Source: Asterias rubens (taxonomy: Eukaryota). From it: a stretch of DNA of 64,000 nt. The stretch covers positions 14,136,001 to 14,200,000 of the forward strand of contig NC_047072.1 in the NCBI RefSeq assembly GCF_902459465.1. The letters are read 5' to 3'. Positions within the stretch are counted from its first letter, which is position 1; each line of letters begins with the position of its first letter. The notes below the pieces were generated by a model that searched no databases, was not told the DNA's origin, and saw only the letters and a list, made by a program, of their open reading frames with translations. Made by a program: the position numbers and the translations under genes. This document shows positions 12,801-24,440 of this stretch, in pieces.

Positions 12801-15800
12801 CAAGCCATGATGAAGGTGTGGCAAATGAAACCCCCATCACTGAGTCAGGATAGACTCTGCCCAGCCAGGGAGGAGGAGCTTGAGTTTGTCTGTCGGATGC
12901 TGGAATGTGTCTACTTGTTTGCAGCTTCCTCATCACAGCTATGGAATGCTAAGATTGAAAAGGAAGTTGAGTCTCAGCTCACTGAGCATCAAGGCTGGAT
13001 AGAGGAAGGGGAGGATGCTACTGCTAACAGCTACCAGTATGTGAAGACAGTCGATCAGGCTTTCCCAAGTAGCTACACAGTGGAGAACATCACATCTCAC
13101 AGGCAGGAGCTCAATGAGATCAAGGCAAGACGAGAGAAGGACTTACAACAGCGGAAAACTGCATGGACTGATAAACAAGATTCAGGACTATCTAATCATG
13201 AAACAACTCATTCTTCAAAAAATCCCTCATCAGGAGACTTACAATATTTGACAACTAAGAAGATAAGACCCCTGTCAGCTAAAAAGCAAAGCCATAGTCC
13301 CATGAAGTTCGATCTTAGAAAGAGTGTTTTTAATGAGCAGGCGTCATCATCACGTCCATCATCAGCAGAAAGAGCCGAAGCAGCTCGTGTTAAACGTAAC
13401 ATCAGGACAGCTGGGTTTGGGAAGACATCAGTAACTGTTATAAATAAAGATATTAAGAAAGATGAGAGTGCAATAAAACATGATGAAGACAGTGAGCTGA
13501 GACAGAAACGCTTGAGACTAAGGCTGTTCCAGGAGGGGGTCTGTGCCACAGTTGGGCCATGGGTTGCATATTATCAAGGGCCACAGATTCAGGTATTGTA
13601 CATTAAATACATAAAGTTTCTCTGGTTAAAGAGAAAATAAAATTACCTGTTGCAAAAGGACTTAAGTGCCGAAAATAGTTTAAAGTAGAACATAATGATC
13701 CACACAATAATGCCTCGAAATTGTATTGTTTTTCCTTTTACATTGTGAACAAACATTTTGTAGAGTCAAGTTTGTAAAGTAAAAAAGTACTGCATAAAAA
13801 GGCTGACCGTGTTAGTTCGCAAAGTAAAAGGAAAAACCATGCAATTTTGAGGCATGTTAGTGTGGATCATTATATTCTACTTTTAAAACATCTTTCTCAC
13901 CATATGCATTTCATAACAAACGGTTTCAAATGCTTTTCATGGCAACGTGTCCCTTTAATGGCCTGACATTTCAACCCCAGCAGAGTCTTTCTCAAATAAC
14001 AGTCTATTTATATTAAGATCACTTGTTTCAGCAAATGTAATGTATCCAACAATCAGTCAGTTTAGTGACAACAGATTGTAAAAGCCCTCCAAAACGAATA
14101 CTCTATCATAGTTTACTAGTGACATGAAAACATATTAATCAAACTTACTGGTTGTGTACACGTCTACTTAGCCTTTTGATTACTTATCTCAGTAATAAAA
14201 ATCATTCATCCTAGATTTTAGCCGCTGAATGCCTTCGCTGGATCATTCAACCCATTCACCCTGAAGAAACTCGCCAGCTTAGAGAAGCAACTGAGGCTAA
14301 AGAGCGACTTAACAGGCACAAATCAAGGTATAAAGGGCCACTCATGTAAAGTATTTTCGTATGTGTGCAAGGGAAAAGTAAATTCCATTTACAACTCTCT
14401 GTAAAATAAATTAATTTCTCAGTTGAGGCATACTTGTTTTTCATCCCCTCAGATCTGAAATGGCTAAGACACTTGCAGAGCGAGATAAGATACTCAGTCA
14501 AGTCTTGGGTCAGATGTCAACCAACTCAGCAGCAGTTGTTAAAGACGCTCTTGGGGTCAAGGATCATTCTCAGCGAGAAAAAAAGACAAGCAGTGGTCAG
14601 TTAAAGGATTTGGGTACTTTTTGTAACACAAAACACAATGTCCACAGATTTACATTAAACTTACATAATAAAAGTAGAAAGCGTACCTTAAAAATATTAG
14701 TAGATGAGGTGCTGTAGTTTGTGAAAAAAATGAGTAAAACAATGTCATGAAAATACGTTTTCACATGCTAAAATTATTTTCGTCTCATGATCACTGAGAC
14801 GAAAATTATTTTCATGACATTGTTTTACTCATTTCTCAAAAACTACAGCACCTCAACAAGTAATATTTTTAGGGAACCTTTCTACTATCATTATCTACAA
14901 ACTGTGTAAGTTAAGTGTAAATCTGTAGACATTTTGTTTTTTGTACTACAAAAAGTACATAGACCCTTTAATGCACACCGGGTTACCTTGATATTCTTAT
15001 TTTTCTCAATGATGTTCGTTCTGATATACTTTTTGCATCACAAATGTTATGGTGCAGATTACATTATGTAAAAATGGTTACAATTTTGATGGTCAACCGC
15101 GTCACAGTAAAATTTGTTTGTTTTCCCTCTACAACTAAACATCATAGAAGTGATGTGCATGGGGCTAGAGTTACTATGTTTAGGGAGTACATGTATAAAG
15201 TAATGAATTTTACAAAGTATTGGGTTGATACTTACATCAATTATGATCATTTTTCTGTGTTCAAAACTTTTATGTACACTAAACTTTTCCCAAATGTTCC
15301 AATTTGTCAAACCAAATAAACCTGAAAATGAACCACTTTTTGCCATTTTCTTACAAAGTTAACTACTAATCTAAAGATTGATCGCATTTATATATTGTAG
15401 GCAGCAAGCCCAAAACAAAGCCTCCTTCAACTGTAGCCAATCACAAGCCAGCATGTAACCAAGAGGAGCCAATAGGATGGCAGTGCTCTATCCATCTGCT
15501 GGAGGTCTGTGGGATTCAGATTATAGCAGGACTTGACAGTTCTAGGTCAGAGGTCAGAAAAGCTTGCCTGCTCTTCCTGCATGACCTTGTGAATTTTGGA
15601 GAGGTAAACAAAGTTACATTTGGTTCTCTAAACCAACAAACTTACACAAGCTTAATCAAACTACATTAGACAATGTGATTTGATGTCATTTGAGTAGAGT
15701 GCCCGTTGTAAGAGGTCAAAAAAGGGTTGCTCATTGGGTGATCCACTGCACTGTAGGCACAAGATGTACATTAACCATTATCTCATCGTTTTACTTCTAA

Positions 15801-17676
15801 GATGGCCTCTTGATGACGTCAATGCAAAAGGCCCAACGTGGAACAAAATGCTGTCTTCACAGACCTTTATACTCTGGCTGCAAAATTTAGACCATATTTT
15901 ACATACTTGATCAGCACCTATGTCAAAATGTTACTTAACCAGTGCATTTCCTTGTAAACTAGCCATTAATTTTGATTGAAGTTTCTGCAATACTTTTTCT
16001 ACAGCCATACAAATGCTGTTCTGTCAGTGAAGGAAAATTGGAATTTGTACACCTCTTTTTGTTATGTTTTTTTTCTTCAGACTATGGTTCACATGATGCT
16101 AGCTTCACTGGGTGTTGTGTCTCGTTTGATGGATTTCATACGCATCAACAAGCAGAATGAAAATAGTGCAATATTAGGCAAGTACAGTGTTGCAGACAAA
16201 TGTGCTCATTCAACCTTGATGTAGTTTAGCTGATGTTGATGTGAAGGACACTCCAAAAGGTTTAATACCAATTCATTAAAGGGTGATTTGATAAACCATG
16301 CATGCAACTTGTCAACACAGATCAGCTGGTTTTCTCTTTAGTGTGCGTGTTTGTGTGTGTGGTGGGGGGGGGAGGTGGATATGGTGGTGCAAATTGAAAA
16401 ACACAATTCAATAGTTTGCGACCAAGGCTGTTGCCTATTTTGGGGGTATTTACAAGTTGCATGTCTAGTTAAACCCATTATGCATCCGCTGTTCTTGCAG
16501 TGAATGCCAGCTCAGAATATATTACGTTGGCTGTGCTACATCAGGGCTCGAACTTGGTGGGAAAGTACCCAAGATAGAAGGGCTTGCAGCTTAAAACTTT
16601 TACTGGACAAGAAATCTGTTTTCAAAACCAGAATCAAAATGGTGTTTTATTTTAACAAGCACTTAGAGAAGATTTCTCTCATTATATCGTTTTTTAGAAC
16701 TCAAAAATTTTTCATCAGAAAAAGTATTGATCAGACTAAACCTCCATGGAATTCATCTCCATTGGTTGCTTTAAAGTGGAAATCTCATTGTTTCAACATG
16801 CCTGATAAAATTGTGAATTTGTCATTGTAACTTACCACTTTTGAAATGTGATTTTATACTTTGTACAGGCATAATGACACTGAGAAGTATGATAAGTGAC
16901 TATCGGCTGAAGCAGATTTTCTGTAGTGAAAGTGGGGAAGCCTTCTTGCAAGACCTAATCAAGACCAGTGAGGGCGCACTTTGCATGCATCTTCACAAAT
17001 TCATGAGACACATCACAGAAGGTAAAGACATCTTTTATTGTATTATGGCAGACAGGGGTTCAATTTGGGGGTCACTTTTACTGCCTTATACCGCTAAGCA
17101 AATATTTGTGCTTACTAGATGTATAGCAGAAAATCTGCATAAGCAAAAGTGTATTCATAAATGATCAGAAGATTTGACAGTGTTTGTGCTTGTTTAGTGA
17201 TGTTCACAGTGAGTTTGCATTGTTGTGTTGTCATGTGTCTACAAGAGCCACCAGCAAGTTAGTGAGCTATTTGCCGAGTTTATGATAAGCAGTTGTTGTG
17301 AAATGGAAACTCTGCAAGTGGGTGCTTTGTTAGTAGAAATGGTCTGTTTCATTACATGTTTGATGAAAGTTGCCCTGATATATTAGTGTCCAGTGATTAC
17401 TCCAAAATCTCGTCGATGTAATAATGTTGTGTTATGCAGCTATTTTTATTTCTCAAAATGTAAAAAAGGATACTGTCAAAACAAATATGAATTATAATAA
17501 TTTCTTGAAATCAGATGAAGAGAACGAAATATTTTGAACCAACACAAAATGCTGAGTTGCTTTAATCTGTGATAACTGTATATCTGACAGTTCATTGTTA
17601 AATATCGAAGTAACCATTTAAAATGATTTATTTGCATATTTTGTTTCATTTTGTAGGACCTGGTGGTTTACTCTGA
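3803..17676 (+). CDS. Uncharacterised ~953-aa protein with ARM/HEAT-like helical repeats (13 coding exons)
   Basis: Exons 3803-3912, 6606-6987, 7530-7721, 7971-8195, 10344-10459, 11054-11310, 12742-13592, 14215-14327, 14453-14595, 15401-15603, 16081-16177, 16869-17021, 17657-17676 total 2862 nt. Phases match at all 12 introns and there is no internal stop. An alternative in-frame pairing 3907->6622 is possible. Segments such as VRNVAFLAMRQAATNESNSKILLQMGIVPQILTLL and VRKACLLFLHDLV look ARM/HEAT-like. Confidence 0.85.
4150..5798. repeat. 35-bp minisatellite, ~47 copies (GAAACAATGTCACTGGGCATGCTTGCTGATTGAGT)
   Basis: Directly visible tandem array in intron 1 of the ARM-like gene. Confidence 0.98.
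5884..6108. mobile_element. Unclassified MITE with TIR (A)TAGACCCTTCCCATGAAATATG
   Basis: Inverted termini tagacccttcccatgaaatatg / catatttcatggcaagggtcca. An element with similar ATAGACC termini lies at 48463-48640. Confidence 0.65.
7078..7274 (-). mobile_element. Diverged copy of the CAGGCCTGG-terminated MITE family (see 33426-33593)
   Basis: Shares ttgccctggtcttggcctcggtgcccc and tttcaaatggaaatgccc with the 33.4-kb copy; another copy lies at ~8867-9008. Confidence 0.6.
8208..8635 (+). mobile_element. Kolobok-type (TTAA) MITE family 2
   Basis: TTAA-AGGGTATATGTACTTTTT...AAAAAGTACCCGAATCCT-TTAA; homologous to 14601-14971, 31677-32051 and 34510-34844. Confidence 0.85.
9056..9094 (-). other. 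Degenerate hammerhead-ribozyme-like relic A
   Basis: Minus strand TCGAGAAA-GACTC-TACTA-GGGTC-GGAAC-GTC-AGGC: stem II plus a mutated core. Confidence 0.45.
9244..9278 (-). other. Degenerate hammerhead-ribozyme-like relic B
   Basis: Minus strand AGAAA-GACTC-TGCT-CGGAT-GAAAC-GTC-AGGC. Confidence 0.4.
9304..9486. repeat. 35-bp tandem repeat x5 (CTTTTGCTTGTTAAGCAGTTTCTTATTCATAATTG)
   Basis: Directly visible; the second unit has a 4-nt insertion. Confidence 0.95.
9639..9792. mobile_element. ~150-bp MITE with TIR AGGTTTATCGCGA, TA-flanked
   Basis: taaggtttatcgcga...tcgcgataaacctta. Confidence 0.6.
10025..10110 (-). mobile_element. tRNA-derived SINE fragment
   Basis: Minus strand ...GGACTAGGTAGCTCAGTTGTAGAGTGCCGGCACGTTAATCCAGG has an A-box-like tRNA head and is truncated near the B box. 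Confidence 0.55.
10536..10716. mobile_element. PIF/Harbinger-like MITE (AGCCCGGTTCATAC termini), diverged
   Basis: Homologous to 45620-45797; termini agcccggttcatac / ctatgaaccagga. Confidence 0.6.
12200..12358 (-). mobile_element. tRNA-derived SINE (head plus GTCCTT(A/G)AGCAAGACAC core)
   Basis: Minus strand tRNA-like head ...AAGAGCACCGGGCTCAAGCTCTGGTGTTTCTGATCAGCAGAGTGTGGGTT followed by CTTGTGTCCTTAAGCAAGACAC; same family as 32061-32210. Confidence 0.65.
13957..13996 (-). other. Hammerhead-ribozyme-like relic C (best preserved)
   Basis: Minus strand TTGAGAAA-GACTC-TGCTG-GGGTT-GAAAT-GTC-AGGCC; abuts the TTAA end of a truncated Kolobok-type element (~13700-13958). Confidence 0.5.
14601..14971 (+). 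mobile_element. Kolobok-type MITE family 2
   Basis: TTAA-AGGATTTGGGTACTTTTT...AAAAAGTACATAGACCCT-TTAA; starts at intron position +6. Confidence 0.85.
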
Positions 17677-18329
17677 AGATATTTTCTTCCTAAGAGTGCA
17701 AAAGACCAACATATGTCCTCAACCAGCATCTGCTCTATAGATGTACCCTGATACTCTCAAAGGATTCCGATAGATGTTGCCTTGAAGGATAATATAAATA
17801 TAAATACACCATATTCAAGAAGGACCATTGTTTAATGTCCACCAGCTACTGTTTGCTGCTAACAAAAAGAACCAAATGTGGCCAATTTCACAAAGCAATA
17901 AAATTCATCGCAAGACAAATTGTCAGTATAACCATAGTGATTTGTATGGTGACATCACACTTTACTTAGCAACTAACTGCGATTGATCAGCAGTTAAAAC
18001 AATCTTACCTCTTTGTGAAATCGGCCCCAGACCCCAATGTCTTTAGAAATAGTCCTCTTTAAAAAGATAGTTTGTCGCAATTGTCAGTGATCCGTGTCTA
18101 AATAAAAATAGACACAAAAACATATTTCACTCTATTTGTACATTATTTGATGTTTTCTCTACGCAATATTTTGTTTATTTTTTAAAAAGTCGTTCTATGT
18201 CCATATCATGTGAAGTGCAAATGCATTGAACCATTATTTGGTTCAAACAGTTGACAGGGAAAAAAAGTAATACTTGTAGTCTTTGTCTTGTATTGCTTTT
18301 GGTCAGCAGAAATTATAATATCCGTCCAC

Positions 18330-18716
18330 TTAAAGGCAGCGGACACTATTGGTTATTACTCAACATAATTATTATCATAAAACCTCACTTGGTTACGAGT
18401 AATGGGGAGAGATTGGTAGTATAAAATATTGTGAGAAACGGCTCCCTCTGAAGTGATGTAGTTTTTGAGAAAGGAGTTATTTTCCACAAATTTGATTTCG
18501 AGACCTCAGATTCAGAATGTGAGGTCTCGAAATCAAGCATCTGAACGCATACAACTTCGTGTGACAAGGTTTTTTTTTTTTTTCATTATTATCTCGCAAC
18601 TTCGACGACCGATTGAGCTCAAATTTTCACATGTTTGTTATTTTATGCATATGTTGAGATACACCAAGTGAGAAGACTGGTCTTTGACAATTACCAATAG
18701 TGTCCACTGTCTTTAA
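18330..18716. mobile_element. Kolobok-type MITE family 1
   Basis: TTAA-AGGCAGCGGACACTATTGG...CCAATAGTGTCCACTGTCT-TTAA. Confidence 0.9.
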
Positions 18717-21600
18717 GGTTAAAAGCCTTCCAAAACAAAATACAGTGCGTATATTTTGTCATAAGCAATAATACATAGGAAACTTCCCATTTGAAGATAC
18801 ATGTAAAAATGAAGTGTATTGTTTTTAAATAATGAAGTGTGTTGTTTTACTCTATCATGAAGTCAACATTTTTCACAATCATTTGTAATATCAAAGATTA
18901 ACTTCACAAGCTGGAAAGGAAAACAAACATTTTAACTTTGAAATACCTAACAATCTGAAAAGTTAATGCTTTTAATATTAACAATGTTTTTAAAGCAGTT
19001 TTTCTAATTCAGCAAGTTGATGGTGCGATGACATGGACGTATATTTTTAATGGTGAATAAAATATTTGATCTGTATTTCGTCTCCTTTGAACTTATGTAA
19101 TGTCATTCAAAATTTAGATATTTTCAAATAATTACAACCAAATAATGTTTTGTAGAATGAGTGGGTAAAAGGACAGTTTGAAACTCTAACACAGCAGGGA
19201 CCCTCCTACACCTTAGGAAAATAATGGACAAATCTGGAGTATGCTTTCAGGATTGTCTGAGCAATCACAATTGGCAAGCAAAATCAAGATAAAAGTGTAT
19301 AATTTGTTAATAAAACAATGCTCAACTGAGAATACCGGGGGGGGGGCCTTTGGGCTGGTAGGCGTTTTTTTAGGCGTTTGATGTACATGACATACGGTAG
19401 GCCCTACTCCTGATGTGACGAAAATAATTCGAGGGCCATTTGCAGTTCAACCTTTTTTAGCATTGTTAATAATCAACATTAGGTCAGAGCTCTATGATCC
19501 AACCTATAACAATAATATGTAAATGTGTTTAATAAAAAATGCGGGCGGTAGGCTTGTATATCTGATTGCCTGCCCGGAACGGACGAGAACCGGTGCACCG
19601 TTGCACCGCGGTGCATTGATCATTAGCATATTTTGTTTCGTGGCCTTAACACGCACAAACTGTTCATCATCCGTGACATCAGTTGCTGGTTGAATGGTTA
19701 AAGGAGAATGGAAAAAACAAATTGTTTTTCTGCAAATAAATTGGTGCAAACAACAGGTCCATTTAAACTATGCGGGTCGAGAAATTCCGTCTCAGAGAAT
19801 TTGTTTCTGACGCTGGTCTGGATATCGTATCCCAATGGGCCTAAAAGTTGATAGTTAACAAACAAAACGAAAAACAATAGAGTAGAATAACAGTATAATA
19901 GCTTGTCATTTGTTTTAACTGTGGGTACCGAGTCATTTAAAACTCATCAGTTTGACACGCGTAGGCCTACCCCAATGTTCTTGCCAACGTTCGTCATAAA
20001 TCTTGAGTAAAACAAATTGGGTTGATGCCCTGATTCTGCTCCATGCCTGATGGCCTTACTAACTTCGATTTTGTGTTTTTTAAAAGCCTCTTATCACATT
20101 TTCCGCCATTTTCCCCAATTTAACAATGATTTGTTAAAAACATTATTGCAGTTAAAACAGGCTGCACATATATACACCAAATATGTTTTTAAAAAAACAA
20201 CAAATATTGCTTGAAAGCCTAGGGGTTTTCCTGGTTTGATATTGTGTTTATAGGCTGTCAGACAGCTATACGAATTATGTGGAAGCAATGCTACCAAATA
20301 GGCCTTATCAGTTGGCATAGGAATATTAAAGTATTAAAGTATTATCAGTTTTTTTACTGATACCATCGTGTAAAAAGCCTCATAAAGTATTTGTTTTCTG
20401 TTTGGTCACCGAATCTTGCAACGTGATGAAGTGTTATTTTTATGTCAAACGGTTCCGCATCATTTGCCATCAGTCAGCGGTATAATATTACAATTTCAGC
20501 AAAACTATTTACCATAATGAGTGATTCGTGATTGAGGCTGCACGGGGTGGAAGTTCTGCTGGTAGTTGATTCGCTTCTACACAGTGTAGTGTTTGAATTA
20601 CCAAAAGTGGAGGCATTTGTAATCACCATGCTGAGTCACCATGCTGTATTGACAATGATGTGTCTTTAAGGCTAAGACTTTATACCAGATGACGCACGAA
20701 TTTGAGATATATACCGGTACCTTTTTAACGTTGTGGTACTCCAAATCACGGGATTTTGCATTCATTTGCTGGTTGTTTTATAGCACTGCCAAAATGTAAT
20801 GTAATATTAGCTGTCCTTTATTCATAAGTCCTTTTGCAGACAGAAAAGTGACGCGGTAGCTTGTGCTCCGGGATCCTGATGAGGTAAGCAATTTTTAGTA
20901 GTTTTTTTCTTCTTAATATTATATTTAAGCCTATAGCCTACAAATAATGTACGGTCTACACCCTATATAGGCCTAGGGCTATTTTATTTATAAAAAAAAT
21001 TATATATTATGCTTTGACAGATCATGGAGGTAGAATGCAGACGTGGATCAAAATGAATATTGGAGTTAGGAATGTGATCATTATGTGATTTCCCCATTCG
21101 TTGATCGTTGATATTTCAGGCTATACCCTCCGCCAAGCATTTATTTATTTGGGTGAATATCTTTTAACAGTGCCGCTGGTCCACTCATCTCAGGATTGCA
21201 ACTACGTCATTATACACCTATACAACTAAAATTTAAAAAAACATTTGGCAAGACATGCTTAATTGCTGCTTCTATCGCTAAGACATAATTTGTACACTGA
21301 TGGTGATACAAACGAAAAGTCAAACCATGGTCAAACTTCGGGGAAAATAGTTCTATCGCTAATAGGTCACATAAAAAAGTAAGAAAAAGTCAATATTCGA
21401 AAAAGCTAGTCTCTACCCGCGATGAATCTATCGCCGCAAAACGTTAAAACGTAATCTTCTCACTCAAGTATTTTGAACATTATTATACATCACTTTTTAT
21501 CCCACGTGCATTGGAATCTCACAGGTCCCAATGTTCGAATACGCGCGGGCAAAACGCGGCGACTTTGTTGCCAACCGCACCGGATCGACCGCACCCATAG

Positions 21601-21971
21601 ATATTATACAAATTAATATTGACTGCTTCGAGTGCTATGGTTAAAACTATGACTCCCGAGGTGATCCCAGGAGCGTTCTATTTTCCCGAGGCGAAGCCGA
21701 GGGAAAATAGATCGCCCCGGGGATCAGTAAAAGCAGTCAATATTTGTTTTATAACACCCCAAACATTTCTAAACACTGTACTATTATTATTAAGTTACAG
21801 ACCTGAATGCTACAATCCACGGACGACGCGAATACAGATTGCAAAAACTTTTACTGTGCTGCATGTAGTGTCGTGCAATCCGAAATGGTTACAGACTATT
21901 AATTCATCGTCCTCGCACACGCAACGGACGTCTGGGTACTGCACTCGAAGCAGTCAATATTTGTATAATAT
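21601..21971. mobile_element. Unclassified TIR element with an internal TIR copy and hairpin
   Basis: ATATTGACTGCTTCGAGTGC at the left end and its complement at 21941-21971. An inner complement at ~21732-21743 encloses the hairpin ctattttcccgaggcgaagccgagggaaaatag. Confidence 0.6.
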
Positions 21972-23444
21972 TCTATATCTATGACCACACCCTGGATGTT
22001 AAACTCTAGTGGTAAATCATACGCAGGCGTAGTTTCAAGACGCGTTCGTTGATACGCAGAAGTATTGCGCCAATACAAAACTGGTACGCAGAAAAACATA
22101 CAATTTTTACGAAATTTCCTACTAGTAGGGATGAGAAGCAATTTTGCTGCAACCCAAATTACAGAACATGTCTCATATACAGACACTGTGTGTGGGCTTC
22201 TCAATGTTGTCTCCTTTAAAAAAATGCCTAACTTGGTTCGTTGATAGATTAATACGATTATTGCAGACATGCGTGATTGCACTGCTGTTTCGTGTGTGTG
22301 TTGCTTTGGTGGGCATTGAATCGGTATGTAACTCCTTTAAGCGTGTTATTGTTCTCACTTTTGGTAGTCTAACCTTTATACAGACTGTTATGTTTGGGTG
22401 ATTTTTCTTCACAGAAGAACACGGGACAATAGCGGTCATGCTTTCTGGTCTAATGAATCTAGGCACGTCTGTTTGTTATCTAGAGAGTAAGGACAGAGAG
22501 AGGTGTAGGCTTTCTAGTAGTAGAGAGCGCTCTAACGCAACTCTCACTAGTGAACCGAGGTCGTCTAAAATGTTTATAGTGTGAAGATAGCAGTGTAAAC
22601 AGTTTCTGTCAAACTATTCTACCAACCAGAATGCCATCTTTCAGGAAATTGAATTGTATGTATTGTTATTGAATTGTATGATTGTACCTATGCTAAAGAA
22701 CATCGTTGGGCCATTTCTCATATCCAACAAATTTTGTATACATGTAGTTGTCGTTTTCAATGTCTGATAGTGAAAATACGCAAACATGTTGGAGAACACT
22801 TTGTATCTGCTATTATTGATATAATGGTTCTTGGTTTGCAGTTTCTGCCAGTTTTCATTGTTGAACTTTCAAGGGCTATGCTATTATTAGGTCTGGTGAT
22901 CACTTTGTGTTTTACCGATGGGAATGTTTTTCTAGCCCTATATCTATACCATTTTCCCTGTCTGTGCTGATGAAGATACGCAATACAGTATGAAGGGAAG
23001 GTCGTAAGGCCGCCAGGGCTAGTGCTTGGAGTATTGCACAGGATATACTCGAGACTTGCCATTGAAGAGCAACCATGAATGATAAAAGCTGCAGTATATT
23101 ATGTGTCGAATAGTTGCGCTATTGATTGTTACTTGCCTCAATTTTAACTTTCCAAGCCAATTAATATGCAATTATCTTTGTTTACACTTTATTGATGACA
23201 TGGGTCTACACACAGTTGTATTTCTAAAAAAATTACCAGCAGAAAATCGTAATCTAAAAAAGGATGGTCGTGGGGCAATCCCGGGAATTTCTTCAGAAGT
23301 GCGTTGTTCTTATTGCTCCTTTATCGATAATAATGTGTCTGTGTTTTATAATGCACTATTTATCCTATGTTTCATCTGCTCTCTTCATTGCAGTATTACA
23401 ACTCTGTCAAACGAAGTCAATTGACGCAAACAACACAGAACAAG

Positions 23445-24440
23445 ATGGCTACAGATGAGCAATCAGCTGCCAAGACTCGACGCGTCTTGTTATGGGCCCC
23501 ACCTCGGTCCCTTTCCACCGCTTTTGAGCGTTGCATCAGTGCACTCGGTGACGACGTTCAGATCTTCCATGAGATGTATACCGCGGCGTGTCACATCGGA
23601 CCCGAAAATCAGATCAAAATTCCCACGTTTGAGTCAGTTTTGAGAGATCCACTCTACACCTACGCCCGAGTTCAGAAGATTCTGGAGGCCCCTGCTCCAC
23701 CCAAGAAACAGATCTTCTTTTGCAAAGAACTCGCGTATACGGTGGATGGAAAGTTCGACAAGTTACCAGCGGGATACAGGCACACCTTCTTGATACGCCA
23801 CCCAGCCAGGGTGTTCATATCCATGAATAAAATGCTAAAGAAATACTTTGCTCGGACTTTTCTTAAACTCCAATTGAACCAGGTTGTCCCGGAAGGATTC
23901 GTATTCAAAGAGATGTATCGACTTTTTGAGCACGTGACCAATGATCTCGGTCAGGAGCCAATCATAATTGACGCTGATGACCTCATCCAGAATCCTCTTG
24001 GAGTTTTATGCGCATACTGTAACGCAGTGGACATACCCTTCTCGCCATCAATGGATAAATGGCGACCAATCAAAGAGGAGAAGAGAAGCTGGATTTACTC
24101 CACAAGGATCATGATTATTAACAAGCTCATTGGCCAATACGAACGGGCGTTTAAAACGACTGGACTCGAAAAGCACTCGGAGAGACCAATCGACTTGAGC
24201 CTTATATCACCTGATGTTTTGGAAGCAACGAAAGCAAGTATTGGGTACTATGAGAAGATGTACGCATTGCGTCTGAAACCAGTGAAGTTTTCACCCCAAA
24301 CGACCCTGCAGACACACGAGCAGGAACAAGAAGAGGGGTCGGCAACCAACGACACAGATGAGCCAATAGAAACAAAGAACGAGTGCGTACCTGTTTACCT
24401 TTCAAAAATTGCTCTTTACACGATGGCAAACGTCATCTAG
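23445..24440 (+). CDS. Intronless sulfotransferase-like protein (Sulfotransfer_5 / BCAT-like protein N-terminal domain family), 331 aa
   Basis: AAGATGG start. N-terminal LLWAPPRSLSTAFER (5'-PSB-like loop), FCKELAY, HTFLIRHP..VFIS (3'-PB-like) and IIIDADDL..NP..VL.AYC.AVDIPF...M.W match this family as I recall it. An acceptor at 23393 implies non-coding upstream exons (candidate donor at ~20884). Confidence 0.85.
   Translation: MATDEQSAAKTRRVLLWAPPRSLSTAFERCISALGDDVQIFHEMYTAACHIGPENQIKIPTFESVLRDPLYTYARVQKILEAPAPPKKQIFFCKELAYTVDGKFDKLPAGYRHTFLIRHPARVFISMNKMLKKYFARTFLKLQLNQVVPEGFVFKEMYRLFEHVTNDLGQEPIIIDADDLIQNPLGVLCAYCNAVDIPFSPSMDKWRPIKEEKRSWIYSTRIMIINKLIGQYERAFKTTGLEKHSERPIDLSLISPDVLEATKASIGYYEKMYALRLKPVKFSPQTTLQTHEQEQEEGSATNDTDEPIETKNECVPVYLSKIALYTMANVI

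Noticed and set aside
13208-13549. 113-aa antisense ORF, and similar ones at 23672-23941, 24202-24429, 26366-26784, 27485-27712 and 33179-33385
   Set aside because: These are shadows of real coding exons on the other strand or in another frame.
19330-22560. Possible large DNA transposon upstream of the sulfotransferase-like gene
   Set aside because: I found no matching termini, TSD or transposase ORF; only the 21601-21971 element is supported.
22965-22995. CTGATGA motifs (22965, 20877, 28430) as hammerhead cores
   Set aside because: None is followed by a proper stem II and GAAA.
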